Shown here: positions 17,956 through 27,160 of the stretch, piece by piece
Layout: every line of letters starts with the position of its first letter
How positions within the stretch are numbered: position 1 is the first letter of the stretch
Notes under the pieces: model-generated
What the model saw: only the letters and a program-made list of their open reading frames with translations
Told to the model about the DNA's origin: nothing
Databases searched by the model: none
Program-made: the position numbers and the translations under genes
Assembly (NCBI GenBank): GCA_003553505.1
Contig: PWEN01000033.1
Span: 14,518-78,517 of the forward strand
Direction: 5' to 3'
Source of the DNA: Candidatus Nealsonbacteria bacterium
GTDB taxonomy: Bacteria > Patescibacteriota > Minisyncoccia > Minisyncoccales > PWPS01
Length of the DNA: 64,000 bases

Positions 17956-18284
17956 AACAGTTCTGCTTTATTTAAAACTTCTTCCATTTTATTTTTAATT
18001 TCCTTGTAAGAACTTCTTTTAACGTCTTCCTTTATAAGAACTACTACATCATAGCCATCTAAAACGCTTACGCTTTTTATTGCTTCCACAACCCTTCTTT
18101 TTATTTCGTTTCTTTCTGTTGCTTTTTTGAAAATCTTTGAGGGAGCAATAAAAGCAAAACGAGAAAAAGAAAGCTCATTACTTTTAATTTTTATTATAAA
18201 AAAGGCATTTTTGATAGTTTTGCCTTTTTTAAAAATATCATCAAAATCTTTCTTTTTTTTTATTCTCCTTTTTTTAGGGAGCAT
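17952..18284 (-). CDS. rnpA: ribonuclease P protein component
   Basis: Basic 110-aa protein between rpmH and yidC; 4-nt overlap with yidC. Confidence 0.85.
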   Translation of the reverse strand: MLPKKRRIKKKKDFDDIFKKGKTIKNAFFIIKIKSNELSFSRFAFIAPSKIFKKATERNEIKRRVVEAIKSVSVLDGYDVVVLIKEDVKRSSYKEIKNKMEEVLNKAELL

Positions 18285-18289
18285 AAAAA

Positions 18290-18424
18290 CTACACGGATA
18301 TTTTCTTTCTTCCTCTTTTTAATCTTCTTTTAATAACACCTTCTCCCGCTTTTGTTCTCTTTCTTATCAAGAATCCGTGGGTTTTTTTTCTTTTTCTTTT
18401 TTTAGGATTATAAGTAAAAGACAT
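18290..18424 (-). CDS. rpmH: 50S ribosomal protein L34 (absent from the ORF track because it is under 60 aa)
   Basis: My translation of the minus strand: [44 protein letters not shown]. This is the classic L34 sequence in the classic position upstream of rnpA. Confidence 0.9.
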   Translation of the reverse strand: MSFTYNPKKRKRKKTHGFLIRKRTKAGEGVIKRRLKRGRKKISV

Positions 18425-18601
18425 ATAATTAATAGTTATGTTCGAGCTAAATTCTACCTTAAACAAACAATAAAGTCAATTAAAAGATATGCACAAGAAT
18501 TAACACTTTTTACACAAGTTATCAACAATTCCCCTTTTTTAGGGGGTTTTCCCCAATAATGTTTACTGTGTTATAATGCAAATCAGAATAAAAAAATTCC
18601 T
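18425..18601. other. rpmH-dnaA intergenic region: dnaA promoter plus DnaA-box-like sites (oriC candidate part 1)
   Basis: TTATCAACA (18509-17, one mismatch to TTATCCACA). TTTTTACA motif (18497-504) recurs twice after dnaA. Extended -10 tgttataat at 18569-77. CCCC-T6A-GGGGG-T4-CCCC alternative hairpins at 18531-54. Confidence 0.5.
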
Positions 18602-19933
18602 ATGGACAAAACAAAGCTTTGGCAAACAGTTCTCGCTCAATTAAAAACAAATATATCGGAAGCGAGTTTTAATACTTGGTTTAAAAATACAAAAATAGAA
18701 TCAATAGAAAATAAGAGTGTAACCATATCAGTACCAAACTCTTTTGTTAAAGAGTGGTTAGAAAATAAATACAATAAAATAATATTAAAAACTATAAAAA
18801 GCATTGAGGGCGACATAAAACAAATAAACTATACGATAAACAACAATACTCCTGTAAAAGAGAAAGAAGAAAAGACAAACTTTAATCAAATGAATATACA
18901 GGAATTAGTGGTAGATCAAGAAACAGGACTAAACCCAAAATACGAGTTTGATAATTTTATAATAGGTCCTTTTAATGAACTAGCTCATGCAGCAGCTTAT
19001 GCTGTAGCGGAAAATCCCGGCTCAGTATATAACCCTTTCTTTGTATATGGAAAAACAGGACTAGGAAAAACACACCTCTTACAAGCACTCGGAAATAAAA
19101 TAAAAGAAAAAAAGAAAGTAAAATATATTCAAGCTCAAAAATTTATATCAGGAATAGTTTCCGGAATAAGAAACGGAACGATAGAGGATTTTAAAAAACA
19201 ATATAAAAACATAGATGTTCTTATTATAGACGATATACAGTTTCTCTCAGGAAAAGAAAAAACACAAGAAGAGTTTTTTCATGCATTTAATGAGTTATAT
19301 GAAAAAAATAAACAGATAATACTGTCCTCCGATAGACCTCCTAAATCTATAAATGCACTAACAGACAGATTGAGATCAAGATTTGAAGGAGGAATGATAG
19401 CAGATATAAATTATCCCGATACAGAAACAAGAGTAGCTATATTAAAAACAAAAGCACAAGAAAAAAACTTTTATCTAAACAATGATGTTTTGTATTATAT
19501 AGCAGAAAATGTGCAGAAAAATATAAGAGAAATGGAAGGGGTTTTAAATAAACTAATAATTTACCAAAAAATAAACAAAGGAGATCTTGATCTAAATTCC
19601 GCTAAAAAAATACTAGGAAATGTATTCAAGTCTCCTGTTGCTTCTGTTTCTATAAACAAAATAATAAAAGCAGTTGCAGATTTTTATGATATAAACGAAA
19701 AAGAAATAATAAGCTCTTCAAGAAAAAAAGAGGTTGTGAAACCAAGAAGTGTTATTATTTACGTCACAAGAAAAGAACTAGAATACTCTTTTCCTTTTAT
19801 AGGAAAAAAAATAGGAGGAAGAGATCACACTACTGTAATGCATTCATATAACAAGATAGAAAAAGAGTTAGAAACAAATGAAGAAACAAAAGAAGAAATA
19901 TCACTTATAAAACAGTCTATACTTTCCATGTAA
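18602..19933 (+). CDS. dnaA: chromosomal replication initiator DnaA
   Basis: Walker A GKTGLGKTHLL, Walker B VLIIDDIQF, C-terminal DNA-binding IGGRDHTTVMHSYNKI. Confidence 0.97.
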   Translation: MDKTKLWQTVLAQLKTNISEASFNTWFKNTKIESIENKSVTISVPNSFVKEWLENKYNKIILKTIKSIEGDIKQINYTINNNTPVKEKEEKTNFNQMNIQELVVDQETGLNPKYEFDNFIIGPFNELAHAAAYAVAENPGSVYNPFFVYGKTGLGKTHLLQALGNKIKEKKKVKYIQAQKFISGIVSGIRNGTIEDFKKQYKNIDVLIIDDIQFLSGKEKTQEEFFHAFNELYEKNKQIILSSDRPPKSINALTDRLRSRFEGGMIADINYPDTETRVAILKTKAQEKNFYLNNDVLYYIAENVQKNIREMEGVLNKLIIYQKINKGDLDLNSAKKILGNVFKSPVASVSINKIIKAVADFYDINEKEIISSSRKKEVVKPRSVIIYVTRKELEYSFPFIGKKIGGRDHTTVMHSYNKIEKELETNEETKEEISLIKQSILSM

Positions 19934-20095
19934 AACTTGTTTATAATTTAAAATATAAAAAAAATATAAAATTATAAACAGTTTTTACACATATAAAAAA
20001 GCGTTATATCAACAAGTTTTTACAAGTTAATTTTAACCAAAAAAGTAAAGTTATCCAGTTAATTAATTACAAACAATAAGTTAATAATTTATTTT
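19934..20095. other. very AT-rich dnaA-dnaN intergenic region (oriC / DNA-unwinding candidate)
   Basis: 162 nt almost devoid of G/C. TTTTTACA at 19982-89 and 20017-24; TTATATCAACA at 20004-14; TTATCCAG at 20051-58. Confidence 0.5.
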
Positions 20096-21220
20096 ATGAA
20101 AACTACAGTTTTGCAAAAAAGTTTAAAAGAAGGAATTAATACAGTAAGTAGAGCGGTGGGAAAATCTACAACACTTCCTGTTTTGAAAAATATTTTAATA
20201 AAAGTTAAAGATAATTTTCTTAATATATCATCAACAGATTTAGAGATGGGTGTTAAATGGTGGGTTTTAACTAAAACAGAAAAAAAAGGAGAAATAACTG
20301 TACCTTTTTCTACTATCTCAAGTTTTGTTAATCTTTTACCTGAAAAGAATATTGACCTGCAATTAAAAGATAATAAGTTAACTATTAACTGTGAGGGTTA
20401 TAAAACACAAATAAATGGAGTTAGTTCAGAAGAGTTTCCTATTATTCCAGAAGTAAAAAAAGACAAATCTATCTCTATAAATAGTAGATTATTTTGTGAA
20501 GGTTTAATGCAAGTAATAGATATACCTTCTCCTTCTAAAGTAAAACCAGAGATATCAGGTGTACTTTTTCTTTTTTCTGGTAAACAGTTAAAAATGGTCG
20601 CTACTGATAGTTATAGATTAACAGAAAAAACTGTTAATCTTGAAAATTCTGTAAAAAGTGATTTTTCTTTTATTCTTCCTCAAAGAACAGCAAGAGAGAT
20701 CGTTAATATCTTTAAGGAAGAAAATAAGAATGTAGATATATTTTTTAACTCAAATCAGATCCTTTTTGAATTAAAAATGGATGAGGTTGATCATCCTAAG
20801 ACACAGGTTTCTTCAAAACTTATAGAAGGAAATTATCCTGATTATAAAGAGATTATTCCTTCAAAATATGAAACACAAGTTGTTTTGAATAAAGATGAAT
20901 TTTTAAACAAAATAAAAGCAGCAAGTGTTTTTAGTGGAAAAATTAACGAGGTTACCTTGAAGATTGACACTAAAAAAGGAGAGTTATTAGTAAAAAGTGA
21001 GAACCCCGACCTTGGTGACTATAACGCTAATATAAAAGCAAAACTAGAAGGTGATGATGTGAGTATATCATTTAATTATAAATTTTTATTGGATGGACTT
21101 AATAATATAAAAAGTTCACAGGTTTTATTAGGAGTTAATGGAGAATCTAATCCCGGGGTAATAAAGCCTATTGGAAAAGATGACTTTTTGTATGTTGTTA
21201 TGCCTATTAAAAATAATTAA
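20096..21220 (+). CDS. dnaN: DNA polymerase III beta sliding clamp
   Basis: 374 aa immediately after dnaA; three-domain-length protein with MVATDSYRL motif. Confidence 0.93.
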   Translation: MKTTVLQKSLKEGINTVSRAVGKSTTLPVLKNILIKVKDNFLNISSTDLEMGVKWWVLTKTEKKGEITVPFSTISSFVNLLPEKNIDLQLKDNKLTINCEGYKTQINGVSSEEFPIIPEVKKDKSISINSRLFCEGLMQVIDIPSPSKVKPEISGVLFLFSGKQLKMVATDSYRLTEKTVNLENSVKSDFSFILPQRTAREIVNIFKEENKNVDIFFNSNQILFELKMDEVDHPKTQVSSKLIEGNYPDYKEIIPSKYETQVVLNKDEFLNKIKAASVFSGKINEVTLKIDTKKGELLVKSENPDLGDYNANIKAKLEGDDVSISFNYKFLLDGLNNIKSSQVLLGVNGESNPGVIKPIGKDDFLYVVMPIKNN

Positions 21221-23088
21221 TTGAGAAAACTTTCCATAAACATTCTCCATATCGGAGCGGCAACAATCATGCTTTCTCCTCCTGTCATAGACATATTATT
21301 ATTATTTCCCGCCCAAACCCCAACAACAATATCTGGCGTATAACCTATTGTCCATCCATCTCGAAACTCTTGTGTAGTACCTGTTTTTACCGAAACGTTG
21401 TGATCTTTAAAATGTAAAGGAGACTCTGCTCCAAACATAGGCGATCGAGCTTCATCGTCGGAAAGTATATCATTTATAAGATTTGCTGCGGATGAACTTA
21501 AAACTCTTCTGGGAGTGTTTTCATTTTTTTCTATAATCTCTCCTTTATTGTCTGTTATTTTAGAGATAGATAGTGTTGGAGTGTGATACCCTCCTGTTGA
21601 AAATGTGCCATAAGCAGATGTTATCTCTAAAAGTTTTACATCTCCTCCTCCAAGAACAAGAGGTAATCCATAAAAGTCTGCGCCTCTTTTTAGTGTTGTT
21701 ATTCCCATGTTATGTACTTTATTTATAACATTTTCCACTCCAACAGCTTTTAAAACTTTAACAGAAGGTATGTTTAAAGATTGTGCCAAGGATTCGCGAA
21801 GAGTTACTTCTCCTCTAAATCTTCCATCGTAGTTTCGAGGTATATAAGGATCTCTTACTGTTCCAAAGTTTGTTTTTTCATCTATAACCGTTGTTTTATC
21901 ATCATATCCTTCTTCAAAAGCTACAGCATAAGCAAAGGGTTTAAAAGCGGAGCCCGGTTGTCTATTGCTCATTGCAGTATTTGTGTAAGGTTCAAATAAA
22001 CAACTTGATCCCGGTACGCACCCGGAAGGATAAGGCTCTTTAAAGTAATCAGCGGAACCGACCATAGCGAGGATTTCTCCCGTATTAGGATCGATAGCAA
22101 CAAGAGAAGCGTTGTGTGCATTGTATTGGGTGTTGTTTTTTGCTCCGGCTTTTATTATTTCTTCCGCCTCTTTCTGCATATCAAAGTCAATTGTGGTATA
22201 AATATTTAAACCTTTTTCTTTTAGGAAATCTTCTCCATATTTGTTTTCAAGATATCCTTTTATGTGCATTATAAAGTGCGGAGCCTGTAAATAGTTGGAG
22301 AAATTGGAAAAGTCAATAACTTCTTCTTTTGCTTCTTCTTTTTCTGTTTCTGTTATAAAGCCCACTTCTTTCATTCTGTTTAATAAAACATCTTTTCTTC
22401 TCATTAATTCATCTGCGTTTTCACCAAAAGGAGAAAGCATACTTGGAGAAGGAAGTAAAGAAACAAGTACTGCGGATTCTGCTAAAGACAAGTCTTTTGC
22501 TTTTTTATCAAAATATGTGTTTGCTGCAGACTCTACTCCGTAAGCGTTTTGCCCAAAAGGAACTTGGTTTAGATAAAATTCCAATATTTCATCTTTTGAA
22601 TATCTTCTTTCAAGCTCTATCGTTAATATTATTTCTCTTGTTTTACGCATGTAAGTCTTTTCACGCGTAAGGAAAGCGGAACGAATAAGTTGTTGTGATA
22701 TGGTCGATCCTCCTGCCACAGTGTCTCTCATTCTTATGTTTTCCAGTGCAGACCGTGCTATACCTCTAAAATCTATACCAAAATGATTGTAGAAATTATA
22801 ATCTTCCGCTGCAAGAAGAGCTTTTATAAAGTTATCGGAAACTTCTGATAAAGGAACTGGCGTCCTTCTTTCTTCTCCATATATTGTATATAAAACATGT
22901 TCTCCAGTGCGGTCATATATCTTTGTCGGTTCAGCAACAGGAATATCCATAAATCTTTCGGGACGAGGAAGGTCTTTTGCAAAATATATAAATAAAAGAG
23001 ATGATATAAGTATTATTAAAAGAGAAGAAAGCGTAAAAAAATAAAATACGCCAATAAAAAACTTTTTGGTTTTGCTTTTTTTAACCAT
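21217..23088 (-). CDS. class A penicillin-binding protein (glycosyltransferase + transpeptidase), PBP1A-type
   Basis: GT51 motifs AAEDYNFYNHFGID and GGSTISQQL; transpeptidase SAFKPF (SxxK) and KTGT; N-terminal TM anchor. Confidence 0.9.
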   Translation of the reverse strand: MVKKSKTKKFFIGVFYFFTLSSLLIILISSLLFIYFAKDLPRPERFMDIPVAEPTKIYDRTGEHVLYTIYGEERRTPVPLSEVSDNFIKALLAAEDYNFYNHFGIDFRGIARSALENIRMRDTVAGGSTISQQLIRSAFLTREKTYMRKTREIILTIELERRYSKDEILEFYLNQVPFGQNAYGVESAANTYFDKKAKDLSLAESAVLVSLLPSPSMLSPFGENADELMRRKDVLLNRMKEVGFITETEKEEAKEEVIDFSNFSNYLQAPHFIMHIKGYLENKYGEDFLKEKGLNIYTTIDFDMQKEAEEIIKAGAKNNTQYNAHNASLVAIDPNTGEILAMVGSADYFKEPYPSGCVPGSSCLFEPYTNTAMSNRQPGSAFKPFAYAVAFEEGYDDKTTVIDEKTNFGTVRDPYIPRNYDGRFRGEVTLRESLAQSLNIPSVKVLKAVGVENVINKVHNMGITTLKRGADFYGLPLVLGGGDVKLLEITSAYGTFSTGGYHTPTLSISKITDNKGEIIEKNENTPRRVLSSSAANLINDILSDDEARSPMFGAESPLHFKDHNVSVKTGTTQEFRDGWTIGYTPDIVVGVWAGNNNNMSMTGGESMIVAAPIWRMFMESFLN

Positions 23089-23123
23089 AATGCCTTTTAT
23101 TATACATTAAAATTTTATTTTTT

Positions 23124-23603
23124 TCAAAAAGGCTTTTTAAGTATATTTGCTCCGCATATAGCGACCCCCAGAGCATCTGCTGCGTCATCAGGCTGAGGAA
23201 TTTCTTCTAAATTAAGAGTGGCGCATATCATTTTTTGAACTTGTTTTTTATCTGCTTTCCCATATCCTGTAACAGCAAGCTTTATTTGTGGAGGCGTGAA
23301 CTCGTAAACAGGAACGTTTTCTCTTGATGCCGTCATTATAATAACGCCCTTTGATTGGCTTACGGGAATCACTGTTTTTGAGTTTTTAAAAAAATAAAGC
23401 TTTTCTACTGATAGTATCTGCGGATCGTATTTTTTTATTATAGAAAGAAGCTCTTTGTTTAGTATATCTAAACGAAAAGAAGAAGACAGAGACTTGCTTG
23501 TTTCTATTACCCCATAATCTAAACAAATCATATCGCTATCTTTTAATTCAACGACTCCGTATCCTGTTGTTGCTGTTCCCGGATCTATTCCTATAATAAT
23601 CAT
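23124..23603 (-). CDS. ruvC: crossover junction endodeoxyribonuclease RuvC
   Basis: MIIIGIDPGTATTGYGV... RNase-H-fold start and C-terminal DAADALGVAIC motif. Confidence 0.92.
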   Translation of the reverse strand: MIIIGIDPGTATTGYGVVELKDSDMICLDYGVIETSKSLSSSFRLDILNKELLSIIKKYDPQILSVEKLYFFKNSKTVIPVSQSKGVIIMTASRENVPVYEFTPPQIKLAVTGYGKADKKQVQKMICATLNLEEIPQPDDAADALGVAICGANILKKPF

Positions 23604-24244
23604 GTTTTATCGTTTTCAATTGTTTTTTTTAAATAAACCACAACAATCCCCATAACAAAAGACAAAATCACTCCTCTTAAAAATGGCACTCTTTCTTTTT
23701 CTTTTCTTTTTTTATTAAACTCTATTGGTTTTGCGGGTGGAGAAGGAGGAGGGTAGATGTAAAAATTATCAGAGTTTTGTTTATAGGTTTCGTTTTCTTT
23801 TTTTCTTAAAACAGTTTGTCCTTTTTCGGGGTTATTAACAGAAGGTTTGCTATAAGGATTTTTAGGGGAACCCCATGAAAGAGAATCAATAACTTCTCCA
23901 TCTTTATTTATCAATGCTACACTGTTGTCTTGTGAGAGATACTGTTTTGACTTTATATCAGCGTTCATCTTTAAAGGAAAATCTTCGTTTCTCGAACTTG
24001 CCCAAACAAAATAATCATTCTTTTTTATTGTGCTTTCTTTTGGAAACACTCTTATAGAAGACTCACTTCCTGTAGAAGATCTTTTTCTTAAAGAGTACCC
24101 TTCAATATTAACATCTCTATCAAAGGTGTTGTATATTTTTATATAAGCATCATCCGTTCTTTCTCCTTCGGTTTGCACTTCTGTTATTATAATTGCCCAA
24201 GCAAAAGAAGGAAAAAACAAAAAAAATAAAACTGTAAACCTCAT
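23600..24244 (-). CDS. secreted/membrane-anchored lamin-tail-domain (LTD)-like protein
   Basis: Signal peptide. IITEVQTEGERTDDAYIKIYNTFDRDVNIEGYSLRK...FPKESTIKKNDYFVWAS matches the LTD pattern I recall. C-terminal TM (GVILSFVMGIVVVYL). 4-nt overlaps with both ruvB and ruvC. Confidence 0.55.
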   Translation of the reverse strand: MRFTVLFFLFFPSFAWAIIITEVQTEGERTDDAYIKIYNTFDRDVNIEGYSLRKRSSTGSESSIRVFPKESTIKKNDYFVWASSRNEDFPLKMNADIKSKQYLSQDNSVALINKDGEVIDSLSWGSPKNPYSKPSVNNPEKGQTVLRKKENETYKQNSDNFYIYPPPSPPAKPIEFNKKRKEKERVPFLRGVILSFVMGIVVVYLKKTIENDKT

Positions 24245-25239
24245 TTTATCGTTTTTAGATGTTTTTTTGCTTTTTCGGTTATAACTCTTCCTCGAGGAGT
24301 TCTTTTAATAAATCCTATTTGTACTAAATAAGGCTCATATATGTCGATGATAGTTTCCTTTTCTTCCGAGGAGGCTATTGATAAAGAGTGTAGTCCCGCC
24401 GGTCCACCGGAAAACTTTTCTTCCAGTGTTTGCAGTATTTTTCTGTCTCCTGACTCGAGGCCCATTTCATCTATATCAAGAAAAGAGAGGGCTTCTTGCG
24501 CATCCTTTCTTGAAACGGTTTTGTTTCCCTCCACTTCGGAAAAATCACGAACCCTCTTTAATAAACGATTTGCAACTCTGGGATTGAATCTGGAGCAAGA
24601 CGCAATTAGCTTCACGGCGTCGTTTTTTATTTTTATGTCAAGAAGAGAAGAGGATCTTTTTATTATCTCTTCTATTTCATTTTTTTTATAGTTCTCTACT
24701 CTGAAGGTTCCTCCAAAACGACTCCTTAAAGGAGAAGAAAGAAAGGCGAGTCTTGTAGTTGCTCCGATAAGAGTGAACCTGGGAACTTTAAGCTCCATTG
24801 TGCGCGCCATGGGGCCGTTTCCTATAATAAGATTTAATTTGAACTCTTCCATTGCGGGATATATCATCTCTTCACAAACCCTGTTCATTCTATGGATCTC
24901 GTCTATAAAAAGAACATCTCCTTCTCGAAGATTGGTAAGTATGGCTGCAAGATCACCCGCTTTTTTTATTGAAGGTCCGGCAATAACCCTTATTCCGGAA
25001 CCCATCTCTTTTGCCACAATATAGGAGAGTGTTGTCTTTCCAAGTCCGCTTCCTCCATAAAAAAGAATATGTTCTATGCAAGCTTCTTTTCTTTTCTTTG
25101 CTGCCTCTATTATTATAGAAATGTTCTTTTTTATTTTTTCTTGCCCGATATACTGAGAAAAGCTCTGTGGTCTCAGCGCAAGATCAAGAACTTCATCTTC
25201 TTTTTTTGTTTGAGGAGAAACTCTTCGTTCTTTTTGCAT
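24241..25239 (-). CDS. ruvB: Holliday junction branch migration helicase RuvB
   Basis: Walker A GGSGLGKTTLS, Walker B VLFIDEIHR, sensor TTRLAFLSSPLRSRF. Confidence 0.96.
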   Translation of the reverse strand: MQKERRVSPQTKKEDEVLDLALRPQSFSQYIGQEKIKKNISIIIEAAKKRKEACIEHILFYGGSGLGKTTLSYIVAKEMGSGIRVIAGPSIKKAGDLAAILTNLREGDVLFIDEIHRMNRVCEEMIYPAMEEFKLNLIIGNGPMARTMELKVPRFTLIGATTRLAFLSSPLRSRFGGTFRVENYKKNEIEEIIKRSSSLLDIKIKNDAVKLIASCSRFNPRVANRLLKRVRDFSEVEGNKTVSRKDAQEALSFLDIDEMGLESGDRKILQTLEEKFSGGPAGLHSLSIASSEEKETIIDIYEPYLVQIGFIKRTPRGRVITEKAKKHLKTIK

Positions 25240-25242
25240 GAA

Positions 25243-26553
25243 CTAGCTTACTCTATTTACTTCTTCTATGGTTGTTTCTTTATTTAAAACCTTCATCAAT
25301 CCGTCTTGTCTTACGGTTATCATTCCTTTTTCAAGAGCTTTTTTTCTTATTTCTGAAATAGAAGGAGACTGAAGTATTAACTCTTGCATCTCTTCATCAA
25401 CAAGAAGAATCTCAAAAATACCCACTCTTCCTTTGTATCCCGTATAGTTGCATTGACGACACCCTATCGGTCTTACATGTTCCGGACTTTCGGGAATAAA
25501 GAAATCATCTTCTTCTATATCTTTAAGACTTTCCTTTATTTCTGAAAAAAGTTCTTCGGGGATCTCTTCTGTTTTCGCGCAGTTTTTGCATATCTTTCTT
25601 ATTAATCTTTGGGCTATAACCATGTTTGTTGCCGGCGAGATATTTATGGGGTCTTCTCCCAACGACTGCATGCGTGCTACTGCTCCGGGAGCATCGTTTG
25701 TGTGTAGAGTGGAAAAGACAAGGTGTCCTGTAAGGGCTGCCTGTAGGGCAATGTGTATGGTCTCATAATCCCTTATCTCTCCTACAAGTATAACGTCCGG
25801 GTCTTGCCTTACAATGGCGCGTAATCCGTTTGCAAAATCATATCCTTTTTCTTCGTGAACCTCCGTTTGAGATATTCCCGAAAGATGATACTCCACCGGA
25901 TCTTCTATTGTCACAATTTTTATGGAAGGATCTCTTATTGTTTTAAGAAAAGCGTAAAGAGTGGTCGTCTTTCCTGATCCTGTCGGTCCCGTCACAACAA
26001 TCATTCCGTTCGGTCTTGTTATTTCATTTTTAAATGTTTTTAGTATTTTTTCACGCAAACCAAGCTCTTCAAGAGTGATCAGTTTTCTCGGGTCAAGAGT
26101 TCTCATCACTATCGTTTCTCCGTACTCGGAAGGGAGGGTGGACATTCTTATTTCAATTTCAACGTCTTCTCCCGCGATAGGTATAATAATGGAGAACCTT
26201 CCGTCTTGTGCGCGATCTTCCACGTTAAGCTTTACTCCCGAAAGGAGCTTTATCCTGGAGGCGATCTTTTTGTTTATCTTTTCATCCAAAAAGATCACGT
26301 CTTGGAGAACTCCGTCCAGCCTTATTCTCAGTTTTCCGCTATCTTCTTCGGGCTCAAAATGAATGTCGGAAGCTTCTAACATGATGCTTCCTGCAAGTAT
26401 TACTTCAAATATCTTTGAAATATCTTTTTCCAGAGAAGAGGTTATCTTTTCCTTAAAAGAGGGCACATTTGTTACGTTTCTTCTTATGTCTTCGGAAACT
26501 TCCCTTGGTATAGCAACCTCTCCTGCTACTGATGATCTTTGTTCTTGTGGCAT
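25243..26553 (-). CDS. GspE/PilB-family secretion/pilus assembly ATPase (short N-terminus)
   Basis: Walker A GPTGSGKTTT, Asp box, VGEIRD, His box TGHLVFSTLHTN, C-terminal CKNC...CRQC tetracysteine. Confidence 0.85.
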   Translation of the reverse strand: MPQEQRSSVAGEVAIPREVSEDIRRNVTNVPSFKEKITSSLEKDISKIFEVILAGSIMLEASDIHFEPEEDSGKLRIRLDGVLQDVIFLDEKINKKIASRIKLLSGVKLNVEDRAQDGRFSIIIPIAGEDVEIEIRMSTLPSEYGETIVMRTLDPRKLITLEELGLREKILKTFKNEITRPNGMIVVTGPTGSGKTTTLYAFLKTIRDPSIKIVTIEDPVEYHLSGISQTEVHEEKGYDFANGLRAIVRQDPDVILVGEIRDYETIHIALQAALTGHLVFSTLHTNDAPGAVARMQSLGEDPINISPATNMVIAQRLIRKICKNCAKTEEIPEELFSEIKESLKDIEEDDFFIPESPEHVRPIGCRQCNYTGYKGRVGIFEILLVDEEMQELILQSPSISEIRKKALEKGMITVRQDGLMKVLNKETTIEEVNRVS

Positions 26554-26608
26554 AATATAGTTACTGTTATACTTTAATTTATCCCAAAAAGACTAATGAG
26601 TCAATTAA

Positions 26609-27070
26609 ATGAAAATAAAAACTTTTTCTTCAAGAGAAACTAAAAAAAAGGGTGTTCTTCTCGCAAAAAAGATAAAAGCGCCGGCACTTATAGCAATAAA
26701 AGGAGACTTGGGAAGTGGAAAAACAACCTTTTTAAAAGGGTTTGCCAAGGGACTAGGAATAAAGGAAGAGGTGCAAAGCCCTACTTTTGTCATATTTAAA
26801 AAATACAAAACACAAAAAGGAAAATTTTATCACTTTGATGCTTATAGGATAAGTGATGAAGATCTTTCTTCTTTGCGATTTAAAGAGATACTGTCATCAA
26901 AAGAAAGTATAGTTGCCATAGAGTGGAGTGAAAACATAGAAAAATCTCTTCCTTTAAAAAGAATAGAGATACATTTTAGATTTGTTAATAGAAATGAAAG
27001 AGAGTTGATAATAAAAGAAATAAATGGTAAACTGAAAGGTAGTTCAAGGGCCCGTGGCTCAGCTGGCTAG
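26609..27070 (+). CDS. tsaE: tRNA t6A37 biosynthesis ATPase TsaE
   Basis: GDLGSGKTTFLKG P-loop, SPTF motif, HFDAYR. The last 23 nt overlap tRNA-Ala. Confidence 0.85.
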   Translation: MKIKTFSSRETKKKGVLLAKKIKAPALIAIKGDLGSGKTTFLKGFAKGLGIKEEVQSPTFVIFKKYKTQKGKFYHFDAYRISDEDLSSLRFKEILSSKESIVAIEWSENIEKSLPLKRIEIHFRFVNRNERELIIKEINGKLKGSSRARGSAG

Positions 27071-27124
27071 AGCGTCGGCGTGGCACGCCGAAGGTCGCCG
27101 GTTCAAGTCCGGCCGGGTCCACCA
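27048..27124 (+). tRNA. tRNA-Ala(GGC), CCA encoded
   Basis: Cloverleaf folded by hand: acceptor GGGCCCG/CGGGTCC with G3:U70, anticodon loop GTGGCAC, T-loop TTCAAGT. Confidence 0.9.
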
Positions 27125-27160
27125 ATATCTTCCTTTTAAGGATTTTTTGTTTAATTAAGT

